In this document: in pieces, positions 58,817-64,000 of the stretch
Numbering within the stretch: the first letter of the stretch is position 1
Layout of the letters: the number at the start of each line of letters is the position of its first letter
NCBI GenBank assembly: GCA_905178155.1
Contig: CAJINV010000011.1
Span: 2,714,485-2,778,484, forward strand
Length of the DNA stretch: 64,000 nt
Reading direction: 5' to 3'
Origin: Amoebophrya sp. A120
Lineage: Eukaryota > Protista > Dinoflagellata
Notes under the pieces: generated by a model
The model's database searches: none
What the model saw: the letters and a program-made list of their open reading frames with translations, nothing else
Told to the model about the DNA's origin: nothing
Translations under genes and position numbers: made by a program

Positions 58817-61766
58817 CTAAGCCTCTCTCACCTGGATGCCCACCAACTGCGTGGCTTGATTTGCCACGGTCTTGTATTGTGCCTGGGCGTCCGCGAACGA
58901 GAGGTGTCCTTCGAACAGCTTGTGGATCAGCGGCGCGCAGTCCGCCAGCGGCACCCGAATCTGGCCGCAGGAATCCCTTTCCCGGATGGTGGCCGCATTG
59001 AGCTCAAACGTGTCCAAGTCGATGGTCACCGCGAAGGGAATGCCCAGCTCGTCGTTGCGCGCGTACCGCTTGCCGATCGACGCGCCGGTGTCGTCCACGG
59101 AACCGGCACAATTCAGGCGGGTAAAGTCCTTCTTCAAGTTCTTCACTATCGTTGGGAACTTCTCGTGGCGCTTCACCTTGTTGTCCACCGGGAGGATGGT
59201 GTACTTGTAGGGCGCCATCGCTGCTGGGAGTTTCAGGTACGCGCGCTTCTGCGCATCGCCGGCAGCCTGCGAAAACGAAATTATAAGTGTATTTGGAATT
59301 ATTTTTCGCGCATAGTAAATTGGAATTCGAAACAACGCCTAATGAGGCGTGTCGCTCTCGTCCTCGTGTGAGATGCAGATTCATATGAACAATCGATATC
59401 GATCCTTTCTTCGACGATCTACTAAAGCGTAGAAATCTTGTTGAAGATAGAAAGTACCTCCATTGGTCTCTCCACATACGTGTGCTCAAAGACGGTGTAG
59501 AGAAGTCGGTCGACCCCGAAGGAGGGCTCGATTACGCTCGGGGTGTAGGTAATTGTCGTTTCCTTCACAGTTTTTGTCGTCGTCTTCAGCTTGTCCGCTG
59601 GAATCTCGTGCGTCTCGTCGTTCAATGTCACTTGGACCGGGTCACCAGCGTCGGCCTGGTATGAAAAGCAAAAGGTTTAAAATTTTATCTATCGCAGCAC
59701 CCACATTGCGACGTGACGCATCCTCATCTCATCCGTTTCTGCATGCTGGTCTACTTCTGGCGCCAGTACTAGGGCAGCACCACCAGCGCTGCATCAATAC
59801 TGTCAGAAATATCATTAAAGAAGCAAACTTGTCTATACTTTGGTAGTGATGAAGTAAGTATCTACTTTACCTTGGCCTGCAGTGCCCGCAAATCTGCGTA
59901 GTCCATCTTTTCCAGGCATTCCTTGACAGGCTTCCCTGCTTTTTTCAAGTGTTGCATGATCAGTTTCGCACTCTCCTTCGTCAGTTCCGTTTTTTCCACG
60001 TCGACGGGCTCCGGCAACGTTTCCCGGATTTTTAGGTCCTGCTTCGTGGCGTTGGCGTGCGCGTTCAGGTCGAAGCAGGCGCGGTTCGCGATGCCGACGA
60101 TTTCCAGCCAGCCGGAGGAGACGTAGGACTCCGCATCCCAGCAATCGGAGGCGTAGTGGGCCATCTCGGTGGACAGGTGCTGGCGGAACCGCAGGTGCTC
60201 CGGGTTGCAGCCGATCTTCACGAGGAAGAGGAAGGTGCGGGCGAGGAAGTAGCCCATGGTTTGGTTCTTGTCCCGGATAATACCGTTCTCCAGGGCTTCT
60301 TGGAGGGTCACGGTTTTCGGGTCTTCGCCGGCGAGCTGGGTCTTCTCGTCGAACCTGGGGTGAGGTGATGCGAGTGAGATGAGTTTACTAATGCGATGAT
60401 TTACATATTTTTGTGTATCGCTATGCCTAGACCTGATGCTGATAATTGTTCACGGCGAACAATACAAAAAGTGTTAAGAAGATCCTGGGGCAGGCGATCA
60501 AGTACAGAGCTGCACGAAACGCCATCTGTCCCTGTCGTCAACACAAAATAGTAGAAAATAGCAATCTCAGTAGATAAATTGAAATTATGCAGTACAATGT
60601 GAGTCTCAAATCCTTGACGTCGTCCCATTTCGGGTGGTCGTAGTCTTTTGGTTTGATAAACCACTCAATTTCCGCCTGCTGGAACTCCCGCATCCGTGTC
60701 AAACCGCCACGCGGCGCAATTTCGTTCCGGAACACCCGCCCGATCTGGGCGATCCCGAAGGGGATTCGCTCCCCGTTCTGCTCCTTGCAGAACTTGTAGT
60801 TGAGGAAGATACCCTGGGCGGTCTCGGGTCGGAGGTAGCCGGTCTCGCCGCCCACCGGGCCGATGGGGGTGGGGAACATCAGGTTGAAGGCGACGGGTTC
60901 GGTCAACGGGTTCCCAGTGTCGGGGGAAACTACCTTGTACTTGGCGAAGACCTGGTATGGTTGTAGATAATGATAGTAGTTTGTACGAGATGTTGGTGCA
61001 ACTACAAACGTTGACATGGATGTACGTACAACCTTTTTGGTTTTCGAAGAGTATAATATCATCAAAGACCAGCATCCGCATCGGCAATACGGTGCAAAAA
61101 AGCATGAGAAGGTCCTCGTGCAGCAACGACCACAATAGTAAGTACCTCCATCAGTTCCTCTTTGGAGTACCCGTCTGCGCTGTTGTGGACGATTTTGTAC
61201 TCTTTTATCAATCCCTCGTCCTTGCATTCGGCGATTTTCTTTTCCATGACATCCTCCAAAAGTTTGTCTGCTCGCCAAAACAGCTCCGGCTTCAAAGAAT
61301 CCTTGACAACGAAGTCGGAAAATTTGTCGACGTGTCCAGAGGCTTTCAAGACACGTTCCTGTTATTTTTTTACGAGTCGGCGAATATCGCGGTCGGTGGA
61401 GCTTTCATTTAGTAAGCAGACGCGCCAGAAACGTCCGTTTCGAACGAAATAGTTCGACGAAAATACAAATACTTATAAACGAATAGTAGCTTTGCAAATT
61501 GAAATCAAGCTTTCTGGTCAGGTCAACGTCAAAAATCATACCTGCATGATGCAGGTGTCCTCGACTTCCATCATATCTTCCTCGACCACGAAGTGCTGTC
61601 TCCACAGCTGGCACATGTTGTTCTTCATGGCGCAGCCAGGGGGGCCGTAGGCGAAAAAACCCGCGGCGCCGCCATAGATGTCGGACGCCTGGCGGTAAAA
61701 AAACCTGCGCTTGGTCAGCCCCTCCACGTCGGCGCGGACCAGGGCGTAGCGGTTAGCGGATGCCAT
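58817..61766 (-). CDS. GARS: Glycyl-tRNA synthetase, eukaryotic (alpha2) type, 6 exons
   Basis: Motifs [55 protein letters not shown] and [15 protein letters not shown]. Five GT-AG introns in phase. Confidence 0.96.
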
Positions 61767-63756
61767 TTTCGGTGCTGGTGGTCTCTGGGGCAGATAAGAG
61801 GTGCTGGGGGCACTAGTAGAGGAAAATAGTAAATGCGGAGTAGTGGAAAAGAAGTGTTGGCTCGTTAAAAAACGACCGCGAAATAAAAAGCACGTCGTGG
61901 TTGATAATAAGTAGAAGTGCGTGGGTAGAAATTGTTCGAAAAGAGCAATTATGTGTTGCTCGGGTTTTGACGGAATAAAACGGTTTCAGATACTAGATGG
62001 CCTTGAAGTGCTGTCGCCGCTGTTTTCGTTTTCGGTCATCAAATAATCGAAGCATTGCATGTAAGTATAGCAAACTAGAAAACAAGCGATCCGACAGATC
62101 TTCTTTGCGCAGCATAGGTCTTCTCCTTCAGATCCATTCTTGTCGATGAACAAGATCTAGCTGCAGCTCATGCTATCGTGATCTCTTTCGCAAGGACGAT
62201 TTGACTTTGTGATCTCTTCTTGTGTCTGTGCCTTCAAGTAGGACGTGTCAAGACCCGAAGGACGCGGGGGCCCTTCTACGTAGACTGTTATTTTACTTTT
62301 ACGAGGATCTACTACTTCACGTTCACACGCTTTCTCTTTCAGTTTCAGCTTCGGTTGCTTTACTAAATTGCGCCGCGAACAAGGCAACCTTTCTCTTTTT
62401 TTCTCATCCAAGAGTTTCACAACTTATTGTAACTTTCTTTTCTGCAAGGTTAAATGACAAAGTATTCGCTTCGAAAGTTGAGTTTCTTTCTTTTCTCGTA
62501 CCGCTTTGCGCGGCGGAAAAATAATTTTTATCTGCGGAAAATAAAACCAACATATTTGTTTCTGCACACCAGTTTCTATTTTTTGTTGCCCACAAGTGCA
62601 AGCATCCCTGTCCCTCTTTGTGAGTAAGACAATAGCATCATTCTTCTCCAGGGCGCCGTGGTTGCAATCAAAATTAATATTGTCTTTTAGGTGATCGTAG
62701 TTCCCTCGGAACTAACTCTGTGTCGAAGATCGTCGAAGATAAGATCGAGACTCAGCTCGTGGAACAGATTCCCCGCGGCGATTTGTATTCTGTCTTCACA
62801 GAATGGACATTCGTTTTATTTTGTTGGACTTGTTCAACTTACAGTTAACAACATTTAGTGGCTTGAGCCACGAATACACACATCACACACACGCGAGGTT
62901 TGGGAGAAGCAAGGGCTCATTGTTCGTGTTTTGTGAAAGATGAAAGCGAAACAATCAAAACGAAAGTCAAGTTTGTCATGTGAGCGCTCACAAAGATGAA
63001 GATTGTAAAACGTAAACAAAGGCTCCGAGTTTGTGCATTTGCAATCACCAAACAAACATTTGTCCGAGTTTCCCAACTCATTTTGCTCGTGCTCTCAGAA
63101 TCTCTCACTTACTTTCAATTCTCTCCGACACAGAGATAAACCTCTAGAGAGGATATTCACAGTGCCGGGGGGGGAGAAAAGAAAGAAAGTGATGCGAGAG
63201 ATTCTGCTCCGCCGCGGTTGGTTGTGCGCATGATCCGTACTCGCGGTTTTCGGCTCAACTAACACCAGCTGTGGAACTCGCTGTACAAATAGATCCGTAA
63301 GTCCCCCGCTCCGGAGACGAATCCGTATCCACCAAAAAGAAACCGTCAATCGCAACTGAACGTAGATGGAACTGGTTTTGCGCTAGAGGTGACCTCCGCC
63401 TAACTCCCTTCGCGAAGCATACTAGACGAAGTCGTTCTTTCTAACACCAGGTTCCCCAGACAAAATCAAAAGACTGCACAGAAGTTTGTTCTTTCAAAGC
63501 ACTCAACTTGCCCGCTTGAGAAAGAGCAGAAGCAAGAGGAAACAAAAAGAGTTCGCAAAACAGAAACGTGTCGTGACGGCATGATCAGCTTCCTGGTCCC
63601 CAAAATCATGTAGAAACTGTTGCTGATAGGACAGGAATAACTTGGTTGCTGATGTTCATCGTCCATGCTTGTCGTAGTGCTGAAACAGGTCGCGGAGTTC
63701 GTTTGTCGTTCTTGTTGAAGAAGAAAAAGTCGACCTGGTTCTGGACAAGGATACAT

Positions 63757-64000
63757 TTACTGTTGGTGGATAGAATCTGCGCCGATTTCATCGCGTCCGC
63801 AGAAGCAGAATGTCGTACTGGTGGAGTTCACACTAAAAAAATAATTTTTGTCGAAAAACCCATCCGGTAGAAGAAAGTTGCTCAGCAGGTTGTGCAAAGA
63901 ACGCCGGGTAGGTGACCATAGGCCCGCTTTCTTCTCCAGATCTGATTCTTCTAGATTTTTGTTTCGGTTTGACGCAGTGGCTTCTCCCACGTGTGCTTCC
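63757..64000 (-). CDS. Possible exon of a gene truncated by the window edge
   Basis: Open frame runs to the window end, with a possible GTAAAT donor near 63760. No family recognised. Confidence 0.25.
   Translation of the reverse strand, partial: EAHVGEATASNRNKNLEESDLEKKAGLWSPTRRSLHNLLSNFLLPDGFFDKNYFFSVNSTSTTFCFCGRDEIGADSIHQQ

Noticed and set aside
62862-62870. cttgagcca, a partial reverse match to the dinoflagellate spliced leader 3' end
   Set aside because: Only 9 bp and not at a recognisable gene start, so compatible with chance.
62157-63756. Short ORFs that may be exons of the edge-truncated gene
   Set aside because: No recognisable homology, and splice phases could not be established.
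1-64000. An autonomous transposase or recombinase for the introners
   Set aside because: No DDE, tyrosine-recombinase or reverse-transcriptase motifs recognised in any ORF, so the mobiliser is not identifiable in this window.

Overview
Eukaryotic (protist) genomic DNA. About 15 protein genes can be reconstructed and all lie on the minus strand. Recognisable products are a giant (~4,380 aa) SNF2-family ATPase, a Bax-inhibitor-1/TMBIM protein, a RING-H2 E3 ligase, an ankyrin-repeat protein, a TauE/SafE transporter, glycyl-tRNA synthetase and a degenerate calmodulin/centrin-like protein. The rest are low-complexity or membrane hypothetical proteins. The main signal is eight short (128-319 bp) MITE-like elements inserted in coding sequence. 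Each has TA(T)-terminated inverted repeats and a 5-bp direct repeat, and none has usable GT-AG ends, yet removing the element plus one direct repeat restores the reading frame in all eight cases. They behave as non-canonical introns (introners) and coexist with ordinary GT-AG introns. Five different TIR types share one internal motif, TTGT[C/A/G]ATGC. This architecture matches my recollection of the parasitic dinoflagellate Amoebophrya (inference, not verified). Also present are five unexplained ~1-kb GC-rich islands and an intronless, virus-like ankyrin gene bracketed by a 30-bp direct repeat.
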